Shown here: piece after piece, positions 1 to 13,864 of the stretch
Layout: each line of letters opens with the position of its first letter
How positions within the stretch are numbered: position 1 is the stretch's first letter
NCBI GenBank assembly: GCA_030141605.1
Contig: JAQGDQ010000851.1
Location: 23,359-87,358, forward strand
Direction of reading: 5' to 3'
DNA length: 64,000 bases
Source: Tubiluchus corallicola
Taxonomy: Eukaryota > Animalia > Priapulida
The notes under the pieces: model-generated
What the model was told of the DNA's origin: nothing
The model's database searches: none
The model's input: only the letters and a program-made list of their open reading frames with translations
Position numbers and translations under genes: made by a program

Positions 1-1299
1 TATTTCGTACCTAATTCTTAGCTTCAAAGCAATCTTGCGATTCAGATTTATACCCGGCTTCAATTCAGACTGCATTTCTTGCTTTGGACTGCAGTTTGTC
101 AGTTGTGAATTTGATCCCCTCGTCGTACATGCGCAGAAGCCGTGCAACGCAATAAATTACCGAATTAAAGACGTTTGTCGTCTGTCCACTTTCTCGTTTG
201 ATCTGTTTCGTTCGGGCGTAATTCTTCTTCGTTCTCTTTTAACTGGTTCGGATTTCGGGTCATTTTCAAACGACGCAACCAGGTTAACTGCTCTGCCACA
301 CACTATACTGCACAGATTGAAAGTTGTGCTCAATCAGCCGAAGGCTTGCCAAATAAAATGACTTGTATGAATTAATAATGGCTTGAACTATTACTGCTAT
401 TAATCCCGCTATTCTCCTGAATGGGCACTAGGACTTCTGCTAATGGGACCCTTGTGCTTTGATAAGAAGATGAATTCTGGGGCCATTTTTCAGCTTAATG
501 CCTTCGCCACTTCTCCGAGCAATCGGATAATCTTTGAGGCTATGAACCGTGGAATGAACCATGGCAATTAAGTTAACAAAATCTAGCAAAGTCGGGAACG
601 ATTGTAAAAGATTAATGAATGGCACATGTCTGATGTTTTGCTTTTCTGGCACCCCTTGCAGGACGCCTTGGAGTCCTTAATTAAACTGGGTTTCTTAAAG
701 TCGGTATTTGTGTTTGTTTACAGTAGCTGCGACAGTGGCGCCACTGTCACCGGTGATCCAACGGGAAAAATAAGAAAGGACTACAAAAACTACATGTTCA
801 TTTTATACTGCTAACAATATAATGTAATAATAAATTTCTTTTTTGTTATAAAATTACACATCATTGGACGTCATTTTACGATATTTTACGTCAAGTGGGC
901 ATGCATTCCAGAAAAAAAATATAGAGACTAGTCTTGCCTAACTAGTCTCAACAACAATGCCTAACAACACGTATGATTAAGCGTTGTATCAGCAACAATG
1001 CCTAACGACACGTATGATTAAGCACGGTGAACTACACATCCAAGAATTGATAGTGTAACTAGTGTTTCCACTGCTGTGAGCAATAGTGTTATACAATAAA
1101 ATGAATTTACAATTAAAAGCACAAGTGAGGTTGTAATTAATTGTATTAGTACATAAATTTAAAACTTTAAAACTAGAATAAAAATTGAAATTGGATGCAT
1201 TATTGATGTTTTGTGTGAGTTGAATTTTTTGTGTGTAGTGGGATTTAATCTGTTGATATGATGTCACTGCATGACAGGTTTTGATTTGCCACTGACTAC

Positions 1300-1840
1300 A
1301 GACTACTGGGTGAAACGTTGATAATACATATAGGTGTGTTTTGATCTTATTATGTTAGTTCTTTCAAGGATATTATAGTATTTTTCAGTTCATTTTTGAA
1401 TTTTCTTAGAGTCACTGCAGACTTTACATTAAGTGGGCACGCATTCCATGTATTGAACATGCCTTCCATGTATAAAATGCATTCCATGTATTGAACATGC
1501 CTTCCATGTATAAAATGCATTCCATGTATTGAACATGCCTTCCGTGTATAAAATGCATTCCACGTATTGAATATGCCTTCCACGTATAACATACATTCCA
1601 TGTATTGAATATGCCTTCCATGTATAACATACATTCCATGTATTGAACATCCCTTGCATGTATAACATACATTCCATGTATTGAACATGCTTTCCATGTA
1701 TAACATACATTCCATGTATGGAGCATGCCTTCCATGTATAACATACATTCCATGTTTGGAGCATGCCTTCCATGTATTTTACGTCAAGTGGGCATGCATT
1801 CCAGAAAACATTATTGCCTAAACTTTCATAAATGCACTGT
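1300..1840 (-). mobile_element. LINE (CR1/L2-type) ORF2 C-terminal fragment, interrupted by a minisatellite
   Basis: Minus-strand WNACPLNVKSAVTLRKFKNELKN resembles the CR1/L2 terminal WNxLPxxV.A.SL..FK..L motif. Confidence 0.65.
1440..1778. repeat. 38-bp minisatellite (~9 copies)
   Basis: Unit ATGCATTCCATGTATTGAACATGCCTTCCATGTATAAA. Confidence 0.95.
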
Positions 1841-2037
1841 CTCAACAACAATGCCTAACAACACGTATGATTAAGCATTGTATCAGCAACAATGCCTAAC
1901 AACACGTATGATTAAGCACTGTATCCGCAACAATGCCTAACAACACGTATGATTAAGCACTGTGTCCGCAACAATGCCTAACAACACGTATGATTAAGCA
2001 CTGTCTCAACAACAATGCCTAACAACACGTATGATTA
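1835..2037. repeat. 41-bp minisatellite (~5 copies; 2 further copies at 945-1025)
   Basis: Unit CTCAACAACAATGCCTAACAACACGTATGATTAAGCACTGT. Confidence 0.93.
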
Positions 2038-2715
2038 AATAACATTCGCATTTAATGCCTAGATCTGTGCAAGTTACACAAAACTCATGAGAAGAAGACA
2101 AGAATCGATTAACCAGAATGGTCATTTATCTCGAACGTGTCCATATTACACACAATCTCAATATTGCATCTTTGGCATTTTTACGCGCATGCGCAGTATT
2201 GCCAGTCACTGGTTTTGCGCTGTCAGTTATCGGCTTTCTCGTTTTGACATTTCTATTAAATAGTCATATAATAACAGCTTCAGTATTAGTTTGATTTAAA
2301 TTAGTGCGTAGCATTAGAACTGTGTGATTTTTCAGGGAATATGTCTAGTGTTGGTTTTCTGCTTGCAGGAAAGAGAAACTACATTCAGGTTAAAAGCTTT
2401 TATTCGCTTGAGTGTGTAACAGTCACAAGGTTACTAGTAATCAGTGAAGTAGTTTTATATTTACATATATTTGTGTGGTCATACGTCCGAACTACTTTGT
2501 TTGTCAAAAGATGACCTTCTATCAGGTCAAGGTCACTACTATGTTGTTTTTGTTGAAATTGTTTGTATGATTTTTACCCAAATTTGGCAAGCTATATCAT
2601 AACATTTCACTAGAGTCTAGAGGCATTGTTTTTGTGGCCAGTTTCTTGAAATCTTGAGTCGTAGTTCAGAAAGGTCATGGTCATTCATGTTAACAGTATC
2701 CGTGAGTTGGATTAA

Positions 2716-3333
2716 AGGACGAGAAAAGGGGCACCTGATTTAAGTTTCAGAAAAAAACGCCTTAAAATGATATTACTTTATAGCAATTTTATGCGTATAT
2801 CGTACTCGCGTTGAAAGGAATTTTTGTTTTCATTTTAAATCTCTCGCAATACTGTTACGACCGCGCCATTACATGACGTCATATACGCACAACGTAATCA
2901 GGGAAGAAAAGGAAGCGTTAAATTAGGTCCCATAAAAACTTTGCGTGCAAATCTATATTACTTAGCATTTCGCTTACTTGTTGGAAAGACTTATTTAATT
3001 AGAAATAATAATTTAAAATGCTTGTGTCACTTTGTAAAATGTCGCTGACTCACCCTATAGGGTGCGCCACTAACTAACCAAATACGTATTTTTAACCTTA
3101 TTGACAAGATACAGTAATTTAAAATTTTACTTACTTAGTGACGTGTGCGCTACGAATGCTCAGATTATTTTTCAAGCGAGCTACCACTAAAAATGGCTGC
3201 GTCTAATGTTCATCGCGGGAGTTTACATTTACAAGTTTAATACAGCGTTACTGCTGACGCAAGCCCTGCAAGTGGTATAAAATTTCAAGACGAATTTTGT
3301 AAGCTTTATGTAAGTGGAGGGTTTTCTTATGCT
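2716..3333 (+). mobile_element. TTAA-flanked MITE family A (Kolobok/T2-like)
   Basis: ttaa|AGGACGAGAAAAGGGG ... GAGGGTTTTCTTATGCT|ttag; colinear with copies at 23261, 30572, 46320, 55732. Confidence 0.85.
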
Positions 3334-3699
3334 TTAGAAACAATGGCACATTTGAGATAAACTTGTGGTCATATTGTCCGTACGTTTTTTTTCTTTTTAC
3401 GTTTCTTTTTGCTTTTACCTTCGCGATTAAAGTGACATTTGGTAAGCTGCAGAAATTAGGTTTTCTTTACCTCATTAGCAGAGAAGAAGTTTTTCCTCTT
3501 CTTTATCCGTTTTCTTCAAATTAAGGTAAAATTTCCCGTTCCAGGCGCATGGCACGGGTCTGGAATTTTAAATGGTTTGGAATGTTTATAGGACACGCGT
3601 TGTTTTTATGTTGCTCACGCATCCAGCGTGCTGCTACGTTAACAATGACATGGTATTAAATCTTTGTACGAGAACAAAGATTTTTGTAGAGAACCTTAT

Positions 3700-4170
3700 A
3701 CATTCACTTAGAAAAAGCTTTGAACACATGGAAAGGGAAATTTTATCTCCCAAAAGCTCCCCACTCAAAGTTATTTATATTCATTTGCATTACGCTTCCC
3801 TGCTTGAAAGACTAGAAAAGAAATTCTTAGCAATTTAAAATATTCCTGTCAACTGGTAAACTGTCGCTGGTTCACCTTCCCAATGTGCACCAGTGGCTCA
3901 CCTTAAAAAACCCGTTTTTTGATATTATTGACAACGTAAAGTAATTTAGACGTTTGCTTAGTTAGTGAAATGTGTTAGGAATGATTTAATTATTTTTTTA
4001 AACTTTACGCAACGTTATTTAAACTTGTTTCAAAACGACCCACCATGAAAACGGCTGCGTTTAACGGAGTTTAAATGGGCGTGCATGGAAACCCACTTGT
4101 AAAATGTCACTGACTCATCTTCCCAATGTGCACCAGTGGCTCACCTTAAAAAAACCCGTTTTTTACATTA
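3700..4170 (+). mobile_element. Degenerate family A-related MITE fragment
   Basis: Shares GCATTACGCTT..TGCTTGAAAGACT, TTATTGACAA..AGTAATTT and AAAACGGCTGCGT blocks; ~55-bp internal duplication at 3860/4100. Confidence 0.6.
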
Positions 4171-4174
4171 TTAC

Positions 4175-4383
4175 CCGTTTCCGAATTGCAGGCACTAGTG
4201 CTCGTCTAACTAGCGAATGACGTAATGCATGTAACAGTGAAGAATAGTGGCGGAAACCTTGAAATTACGTTTGTGTGGTAATAATTCTTTCACGTAAGTT
4301 TTTTTTTGAAAAAACAGTATGTTTCTTTTCAATATTTTAAAGAGCAGATTGTTTTGACCTACATTTTAAAATTGGGTTTTACT
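4175..4383 (+). mobile_element. MITE family B 3' fragment
   Basis: CGTTTCCGAA...TTTTGACCTACA...GGGTTTTACT|ttaa, same end as the 16019 copy. Confidence 0.75.
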
Positions 4384-5277
4384 TTAAGTTAATAACAAAA
4401 TAAATCAAGTAACAAGATCCAACTTTTATCTGACATTAAGGTATTCAAAAAGCAAAAATTACATTTTAGCAAATCTTTTGAAAGTATCAAAATAAATCGT
4501 TCTTCATATAATATGGAAGGGTAACATATTCGAAAGCCCCCCCCCCCCCGAGTAACAAAATGAACACTTACCACGCTCAAGTTTAACAACATTTACATAT
4601 AGCTGATTAGATAACTGTGACCTTGTGACATCGGGACTTTTCGTAAGCGCGTCGTGGCTTTCCGTAAGCGCGCGCTGCATAAACTAATTCAAAAATCCTG
4701 TATTTGCCTAATGTTCTAAACGTTCTAAAATTATAAGTATGTTGTAGTATCATAAAATTAGCTATGTTACCGGAGACATTACGTAATTCTCAAAAACCGC
4801 GTGAACGAAAAGTCACATTGATAGTGACACTCTCAGCAATATGATCTCACCTAGGAAGGTGGATATCGTACAAAAATATTCTTGGGATATTCTTTGTCGT
4901 GTAGCCTCGAGGCCTGTCAACTGCAGTTCAAAGTTTGGTGCAATCAGGAAAACACAAGAAATCTTCATTTACCATTGCTACTTTCATTTTGATAATGTCT
5001 GAGCCTTTAGTGAAAAAAATTATCGTATCATAAATGCCAGAACGTCCTCTCTTTTGCTTCTGTCTGATCACATTTTATGGGAATTAGATGACTTATTATT
5101 ACTACTCGTAATATTATTTTTAAAAAACTACGTACAGAATACATTCCCTCTATTTGTAGGGATATGTTTAAAATTTCTAAAAGCATTTACAACGTGCTAA
5201 ACATATATATATATAGAGAGAGAGATTGCAACGTTTACTAGATTAAAAGAAACTTCATTTGCTTGATCTATCCCTCT

Positions 5278-5699
5278 CAGGGACGTATTAACCAATAGGC
5301 TAACTAGGCTGTAACCTAGGGCGTCAAAGTTTGAGGGGCGTCACATTTTAGGAAAAATTCTTATTCTCGGAAAATGTGTATACTTCATATTCATGTAAAG
5401 GACGTATTTTATAACACACCACAAGCAGTTACTGAGAGCAACCTTTATATAAGTGCCACATAATGAACAAGTACAAGGTATTACACAACAAACAGTTGCG
5501 CAGACTGCTTGAATATGAGCGCTCTGCAAATATATGTAATTAATAATTACCACGTAGAAACTAGGTTAATGGTGTTTCTAATACACCACAAGTAATTGTT
5601 TAATCTGATTCTTACATAATCAACCACGAATTCACAATAGAGATGGGGGCGGAATGGAACTATCAACCTTGGGTGTCGTAAAGTCTTGATACGCCCCTG
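5278..5699. mobile_element. hAT-like MITE (old)
   Basis: Imperfect TIR CAGGGACGTATTAA / TTGATACGCCCCTG; degenerate 8-bp TSD ATCCCTCT / ATACCTCG. Confidence 0.6.
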
Positions 5700-5929
5700 A
5701 TACCTCGTGATAGATTCTCTAAAGAAATATTGCTTCAAAAGTTTGCTAAATCTTTCACAACCATTTTCCTAAAAAAGGAAAACTAAAGACGGACACGTCC
5801 TTCAAGCATGTTGCTAGAAAACTTCACGCAAATTGCAATAATCATAAAGAAATAGTTTAAAAAAGCTTTACATGCAGTAAAGGACCTAATGCCAAGATGA
5901 TACTAGTATGATAGTAGATTTCTGTATTG

Positions 5930-6815
5930 AACTTTACAGGCCCTTGTTCGTTTGTCAAAGATCATTTTGGGGTCATAATTGTTGTGGTGATCGTTATTTT
6001 TGTCACGCTCTAATTAAAGGTGTGATTTTTCAAGTTAGAGAACTTCACAGGCTTTTGTTCGTTTGTCAAAGATCAATTTAGTATCATAATTATAGTGGTG
6101 ATCGTTATTTTTATCACACTCCAATTAAAAGTGTGATTTTTCAAGTTAGAGAACTTCACAGGCTTTTGTTCGTTTGTCAAAGATCAATTTAATATCATAA
6201 TTATAGTGGTGATCGTTATTTTTATCACACTCCAATTAAAAGTGTGATTTTTCAAGTTAGAGAACTTCACAGGCTTTTGTTCGTTTGTCAAAGATCAATT
6301 TAGTATCATAATTATTGTGGTGATCGTTATTTTTATCACACTCCAATTAAAAGTGTGATTTTTCAAGTTAGAGATCTTCACAGGCTTTTGTTCGTTTGTC
6401 AAAGATCAATTTAGTATCATAATTATTGTGGTGATCGTTATTTTTATCACACTCCAATTAAAAGTGTGATTTTTCAAGTTAGAGATCTTCACAGGCTTTT
6501 GTTCGTTTGTCAAAGATCAATTTAGTATCATAATTATAGTGGTGATCGTTATTTTTATCACACTCCAATTAAAAGTGTGATTTTTCAAGTTAGAGATCTT
6601 CACAGGCTTTTGTTCGTTTGTCAAAGATCATTTTGGGATCATAATTATTGTGGTGATCGTTATTTTTATCACACTCCAATTAAAAGTGTGATTTTTCAAG
6701 TTAGAGAACTTCACAGGCTTTTGTTCGTTTGTCAAAGATCAATTTAGTATCATAATTATTGTGGTGATCGTTATTTTTATCACACTCCAATTAAAAGTGT
6801 GATTTTTCAAGTTAG
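5930..6815. repeat. 111-bp tandem repeat (~8 copies)
   Basis: Period 111 (AACTTCACAG at 6041, 6152, 6263); internal hairpin ATCACACT-N9-AGTGTGAT. Confidence 0.95.
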
Positions 6816-7756
6816 CACTTAAAAAGAGAAACAAGCTTGCAAAAACTGTCAACGAAGACGTCTTTGAAATGGATTTCTCAAGAACACGTGTTAAGGCTTC
6901 TCGAAGACGAAAAGAAAAACGTGTTAACTGGTACACCGTGTCGAAAGAGTTATTACATGCAAAGAGAAGCTGTTGGCAGCTAGCAGAACATCATCAATCT
7001 ATCACATTATTTTACAATTTTTCTACCGCGCTTTGTCGGGCGAACGCTGCCATATAAAAAATAATTTGCGTATCGCGTTCCGCGTTCGTTTATGTGAAGA
7101 ATCGCGTTGTTGACGTCACGTCCTGTTGCGAAGCCTGTGTGAGAGGGCCTGGTCGGATTGGCGTGTAACCTTACCGAGGCGCTCTCGCCCACAAAAACTA
7201 TTAATGATTCTGCACTCGAAGTACATTAATAACGGCATGACAACTTGCTGCGACTGTTGTAAATGGAAAAACTAAGTTTCATTCCAGAGCCCGAGGGCAG
7301 TCCTACAAACAACCCGAGATGCAGAGATTGTCTCGAACCACCAGGGAATGATGGAATGCCTGTCTGCCGTCGCGTCTGCAAAACGTAGTAATAATTACAC
7401 CAAGGAGGACTGCTGTTTCCTTTCAAAAATCGGGTCGCGTTATCCTAGATGTACTTTCACCGGTGTTTCCGCTTGCATTAATGTTATACTTTAGCCTCCC
7501 CTTCTTGCTCTGCTTAGCCGCATACTTTGATGAGAGGGTCTTGAACATATGAGACTGGATGGGCGATGTTGATGTGCCTAGAGTTTGATTTATAGCAAGA
7601 AAAAGTTCATTTACGTCGGGGGAAAAATTATTAGCTGCCAAATGACAATTAATTTGAGATGATTTTAACCTGTGAGTGACCCCTGAGTGACTCATCAAGA
7701 GCAGGTCGTCAAGAGTTTGGTGTAAGTGCAGAAAGTGGAGTGTGTTGGAACGAGAC

Positions 7757-8823
7757 GTACGTGAAAGATACGTGGAGTGGAAAGTGACCAAGGGACACGA
7801 GTAATAATACAAGACATACGTGGAGTGGAAAGTGACCAAGAGAGACGAGTAATAAAACAAGACATACGTGGAGTGGAAAGTGACCAAGGGACACGAGGAA
7901 TAAAACAAGACATACGTGGAGTGAAAAGTGACCAAGGGACACGAGTAATAAAACAAGACATACATGGAAGATACGTGGAGTGGAAAGTGACCAAGAGAGA
8001 CGAGTAATAAAACAAGACATACGTGGAGTGGAAAGTGACAAAGTGACACGAGGAATAAAGCAAGACATACGTAGAGTGGAAAGTGACAAAGTGACACGAG
8101 TAATAAAACAAGACATACGTGGAAGATACGTGGAGTGAAAAGTGACAAAGTGACACGAGTAATAAAACAAGACATACGTGGAAGATACGTGGAGTGGAAA
8201 GTGACAAAGTGACACGAGGCATAAAACAAGACATACGTGGAGTGAAAAGTGACAAAGTGACACGAGTAATAAAACAAGACATACGTGGAAGATACGTGGA
8301 GTGAAAAGTGACAAAGTGACACGAGTAATAAAACAAGACATACGTGGAAGATACGTGGAGTGAAAAGTGACAAAGTGACACGAGGAATGAAACAAGACAT
8401 ACGTGGAGTGGAAAGTGACCAAGTGACACGAGGAGTAAAACAAGACATACGTGGAGTGGAAAGTGACCAAGGGACACGAGGAATAAAACAAGACATACGT
8501 GGAGTGCAAAGTGACCAAGAGACACGAGGAATAAAACAAGACATACGTGGAGTGGAAAGTGACCAAGGGACACGAGGAATAAAACAAGACATACGTGGAG
8601 TGGAAAGTGACCAGGGGACACGAGGAATAAAACAAGACATACGTGGAGTGGAAAGTGACCAAGGGACACGAGGAATAAAACACAACATACGTGGAAGATA
8701 CGTGGAGTGGAAAGTGACAAAGTGACACGAGGAATAAAACAAAACATACGTGGAAGATACGTGGAGTGGAAAGTGACAAAGTGACACGAGGAATGAAACA
8801 AAACATACGTGGAAGATACGTGG
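7757..8823. repeat. 48/59-bp minisatellite (~20 copies)
   Basis: Unit ACGTGGAGTGGAAAGTGACCAAGGGACACGAGGAATAAAACAAGACAT with an optional 11-bp ACGTGGAAGAT insert. Confidence 0.95.
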
Positions 8824-10224
8824 AATGCAAAAGTAACCAGAGGAGCTGAAGAATCAGCAAATCTGGCAGTTCACGTTCACAAGCTGACACGAGTGCTGTT
8901 TCTGGGCTTTTCCTCCTGGTGCTGAAATTCTAGCGTACTTCCAGTACCTGGCAGACTTTGCAAACCTACTTTGTCGTTTTCGACCGTGGAAAGTTCGCAG
9001 AAAGTTCGGAGAAGGTGCACATGTGTGGTACGTGATGCCATGGCGATACATTGAAAAGAGAGAGAGAGAGCAATGAGACCATAATTTACACCCGACCTCA
9101 GGCAGTCAAAACATTCGTGTTTGCAATCAATCTGAACTTTAAAGAAGACACGGTCATTTTGATGTGAACAGCACAGTTGGTCCTAATCACTTGCCCTTCC
9201 TTCTGGCTTATTTTCGCTGTTGGAGGATTTTCGGCTCATTTCATTAGTGTTTTCCTACAATAAACCTCGGCTGTGGTAGCGTACAGGGGCCATTAGCCTC
9301 TTTTCACTGGAAGCCGTTAACTGCTTAAGAAAATACTCCTCAACTGACTTTTGAAATTTAATTGGAGTTACGGGGAATGGATCCGACTGATTTTATATAT
9401 GAACTGCGACGTCTGAAGGTGACAGTGAGACTCCACTGATCTTGTTGATTCAAATCTGTGTCATACTGTCCTATATCAAACCAGAACTCATCCTGCTGGC
9501 CCAGTTTGAATAATGGCGAAGTTTTCTGTAATACAGTACTGCACAATTTGGCTACATTTTTTGTGGCAAAGATGGCATTCTTGCGTGGTGTTATTTTGAG
9601 CGGGAGCAAGTCTGCACCTAGTGAAATGTGCTGTCATCATCTCGGTTGAGTTTGCGCGCAAATTGAACGAACTGATACTTACAGGGTTAAAACACGTGTT
9701 TTTCTGCTGTGTTTGAAACAAACAAAGATTTGTTAAGTGTTGTCTGCCTGGGCGTTTGAAACCCTGGGTTAATCGCATACTTGAGTACGTGACTGCATAC
9801 GACGAAGCTTGACTCACTTCAAGGTTCAGAACATAACCTCCTGATGAAGTTTACTGGTTTTACGTGGTGTAATTCTGCTGTCTTTTTGAATAGGGAGAAC
9901 GAAGCTCTCGACAGACTCGAGACGAGGTATTTTTTTTATTTCAAAAACTTTTAGTGAGTGCAACAAATATAAACACTTGCACCTGTTCCGTCGTAAGAGA
10001 GGCCGTTTTCGCTTTGTCTTTGGCATTTTTTGACCCGAACAAACCATCTGGTGCTCTAAGTTCGAACCACTTTGTCACATAATTCGAATTGATATTTTTT
10101 GCCTCTACGAAGCTCGTTTGTGTCAGCTTTTACTTTTGACCAAGCAATATCGAGCCAACATCTGGATTGACCCGTTTTTGAAAGCAGTAATAGTGCATTA
10201 GTGTGAAACCTTTGCTTGAAAAAA

Positions 10225-10760
10225 AGGGGAACCCTTCTGGGGAGTTACGCTGATTGGATTACTCTAGAAAAATCTTAGAAAAATTTTGTAATGAAAGTGT
10301 GATAAGTACCTCGTGTGATTAGTAAAATCACTTTAAAGTCGCTATCATTTCACGCTTGGGTGCTCCCATTTTGAACGTCCATTCGTCCACCAGTGACGTC
10401 ATTCATCGGCTCAAGAAAACTGTCAATTTCGATCAAATGTATGAGTTTTTACAAAAAATTAGATAACTGTTTTTGCATGAACATTTGGTAACCTGCAGAA
10501 GTTTGAAATAATTTAAGCTGCGCGCTCACTTATGGAAAGGCACGATGTGCTTACGAAGAGTCACTAGCTCCACCACTTACGTCACAATTCTCAAGTGAAT
10601 GACGGCTACCAGCGTGCCTGAAAATTTATATGCAGCAGTAGTGTAAATTAACATTAAGTTTATGCTTTATAGACAGTCTTTTGCAAATTTCCTTGTCATA
10701 TTTTGTTAGTTTAAATGCTCACAATAGAATAAACTCAACATGCTAATTGATTTGACCATT
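10225..10760 (+). mobile_element. MITE family C, degenerate
   Basis: AACCCTTCTGGGA ... TAGTAAAATCACTTTAAAGTCG ... CCAGTGACGTCATTC ... shared with 17188 and 49443 copies. Confidence 0.75.
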
Positions 10761-12199
10761 TAGAAGCAAGAACTGGCGTTACTGTTGCAATTTCGTGTTG
10801 CTGGCATTGAATGTCAGTCGAACTTTTTTGTTTGTTAGTGGAACGCATCAATAATTGTTTGAATAACCAGAGATGGATTTGACTACCGGAAGTTACACTT
10901 GTTAATAATAGCCGTGTGACTCTGATTCACTTGGGTTCTTTAACGTTTGAACATGCTGAATTTTCTGATTCAGAACTTCTTCCACTAAGTCTCCTTTGCC
11001 TGGTAACGCATTGGCCTATTTAAGGCTGTTTCACACATACCGTTTCTCGGTCCGAAAAATCGGTGTATCTTGTTCAATGAATAGATTTGGGTCTGCCTGC
11101 GAGAATGCAAGCCGACTAAACTTTGTAGTGAGGTTCATTCATTTTAAGTTTATTTAGCACATACGAACAGGGCTTATGAGAGGGGAGTCCAGGGTATTCT
11201 GTTCCGGGCCCAGGAGCTAAGAAGCACCCCACAGCAATCAATCAAATTCAAAATTATAAGAAAAAAATACGCAGTGTTTAAAACTACAAAGCGTCAGTTA
11301 GAAAAGCAGCAGTTGCCACATCAATAAATCGTACCGTCTCCTAAATATTTGACTATAAAATCGTACGTCAGTTTGGTGGCATATATGATTTACTATGTAA
11401 TGTGCAGACGCAATCATTCTTGTTCTTAAACTATGCGGAATAACTTTGTGGCTTGGTTCGGGGTGCCGAACCACGAAAGCCAGAAACACTTCAACTTCCA
11501 CTCCATAAAGCTATTACGTTTATATGGCCGGGTATTATAAAACCATTTCATTGCTTCGGGGCCCGCTCGTAATAGTCGAATTCTGATTATAAACGGATCT
11601 TTAGTCAATTATTACTGACGAGAATATGGCTGGAGTTGGGTTCAAGTTGTAATTTCGTTTAGTGTCACGCATCGTGGAGCATGCGCAATCGTTATTCGTG
11701 TTTAACTTTGAGGGGGGGGGGGAGTTGGAGATTTAGAGAGCTATTGGCATACAAGATCGTGACTAATGAATTTTTAAGGATAACTAAAGATTTTACTGCC
11801 CGAAATTTAGATTTACGAGAAATCCCCCAAGCACTCATTAAATATAGTATTTAAATATAGTTTCTTATAATTTTGAATTTGATTGATCTGTTTATTTCAA
11901 CTAAAAGCCATGTACAAATATATACACACATATATATTAAAATTTAAACTATAGTGCACAATGTTAAAAATCTATCGCTAAAAAATAACAAAATTAGATA
12001 TTAGGGTTAAAAATACGTACAAAGTAAAAGATATCATATATAATTGTATTATATAATTGAACCGGATAAACGTACCTGTGATTATTGCAACGCGAAGTTT
12101 CACCTGCGTCGTACGTCAGGTACATTAATAAAACCATTAATAATAAATTATTACTTTTTTCCTTTCATTCTTCACCAGATACTATAAACATTTTTTCCT

Positions 12200-12815
12200 T
12201 TTGTATATATTTGTATACGTTGTATATTTTTGTATACGTTGTATGTATTTGTATACGTTGTATATTTTGTATGCGTTGTATATATTTGTATACGTTGTAT
12301 ATTTTTGTATGCGTTGTATATATTTGTATACGTTGTATATTTTGTATACGTTGTATATATTTGTATACGTTGTATATTTTGTATACGTTGTATATATTTG
12401 TATACGTTGTATATTTTGTATACGTTATATATATTTGTATACGTTGTATATTTTTGTATACGTTGTATATATTTGTATACGTTGTATATATTTGTATACG
12501 TTGTATATTTTTGTATACGTTGTGTGTATTTGTATACGTTGTATATTTTTGTATACGTTGTATATATTTGTATACGTTGTATATTTTTGTATACGTTTAT
12601 ATATTTGTATACGTTGTATATTTTTGTATACGTTGTATATATTTGTATACGTTGTATATATTTGTATGCGTCGTATGTATTTGTATACATTGTATATTTT
12701 GTATGCGTCGTATATATTTGTATATGTTGTATATTTTGTATGCGTTGTATATATTTGTATACGTTGTATATTTTGTATACGTTGTATATTTTTGTATACG
12801 TTGTATATATTTGTA
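12200..12815. repeat. AT-rich 18-20-bp minisatellite
   Basis: Unit TGTATACGTTGTATATATTT and variants. Confidence 0.95.
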
Positions 12816-12840
12816 AAAGTAATATTGATAATTATATATT

Positions 12841-13240
12841 AGCAATATGGAAATGTAAGTATCTCAACAGGTATCTCCTGTGGGGCATCTCCAGTTTATC
12901 CACATTCATTAAGTACACCTCCCTTGAATATTCCAGTACAGAGGAGGGATAACAGAAAACTTGAGGATTTAGCCTGCACATTTCTAACAGGTCAAGGCAA
13001 TTTTAATGAATTTCTGTTCAATATTTGGTCATGCAGACAATAATATGTGCCAGTGTTTAGAGCGGAGGCAAACCCCACGTTATCTGTTGTTTGAACGCAA
13101 ATTCGTAAGTCGCATTAAAAGTGAAAACTTTGCAAGCGTTTTACAGCACCAGGTTGTTAATTATATGTTAACTTGTCGTGATAATCTGATTTTAATTAAC
13201 TTTGCCAATATCTTGCTTGATAATTTTATTTTGTCACCAA
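12841..13240 (-). mobile_element. Decayed LINE reverse-transcriptase fragments
   Basis: Minus-strand SSKILAKLIKIRL (RT N-terminal motif-like) and PSSVLEYSREV..NVDKLE..HRRYLLR (post-RT thumb-like), separated by stops and deletion. Confidence 0.5.
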
Positions 13241-13339
13241 CCTAACGGGATTAATTAATTAACTTTAGAAAATTGTTATCAATGTCTGTTAAGAAGGTAG
13301 TGGTAATACAATGCTAGCATAGGTATTGTATGATGTTAA

Positions 13340-13864
13340 AGGAAGACCGGATGATTGTGTAAACATTAGTTCAGAAGAAATAATGCTCTAAAATACTGAA
13401 AACTACAAAAGCTTAGATTAAATAATAATTACCTCGGATACTCAAATTTCGTTAAACTTTTAAAGCTGCGCGCGGCTCAGTGAATCTACTAAGATTGGCA
13501 ACGGCGCCTTTTTGTCAAGTGCGCGTGGTCGACAAATAAAAGGCGGTACCGTGATGACTATGATCATCAACTGCAGTGTTAGTTTCTGACGTCATATGAC
13601 GTAGAGTCCATTTTCGTGACATCACGCGTTTAAACTGTAACACTTTTGTAAATGTGCTTGACGCGCAAGGGAAGACGCCTGCCATTGCGCAACTGCGGTT
13701 AGTTTATGACGTAAGCAATGGTTGTGTTCGGTTGCCGCAGATTAACTTTCTAAGCTAATTATTCAAATATTAGAAACAATTGTTAACTTTTATAGGCAAG
13801 AAAATGTAGATTTTGCACAGTAAAATAAAATGAGATTGAGTCTAAACAATCGTCCGGTTTTCCT
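13340..13864. mobile_element. TTAA-flanked MITE family D
   Basis: TIR AGGAAGACCGGATGATTGTGTAAAC / GTCTAAACAATCGTCCGGTTTTCCT with TTAA on both sides. Confidence 0.88.

Noticed and set aside
7423-8890. Three overlapping 368-454-aa ORFs
   Set aside because: Produced by the 48/59-bp minisatellite
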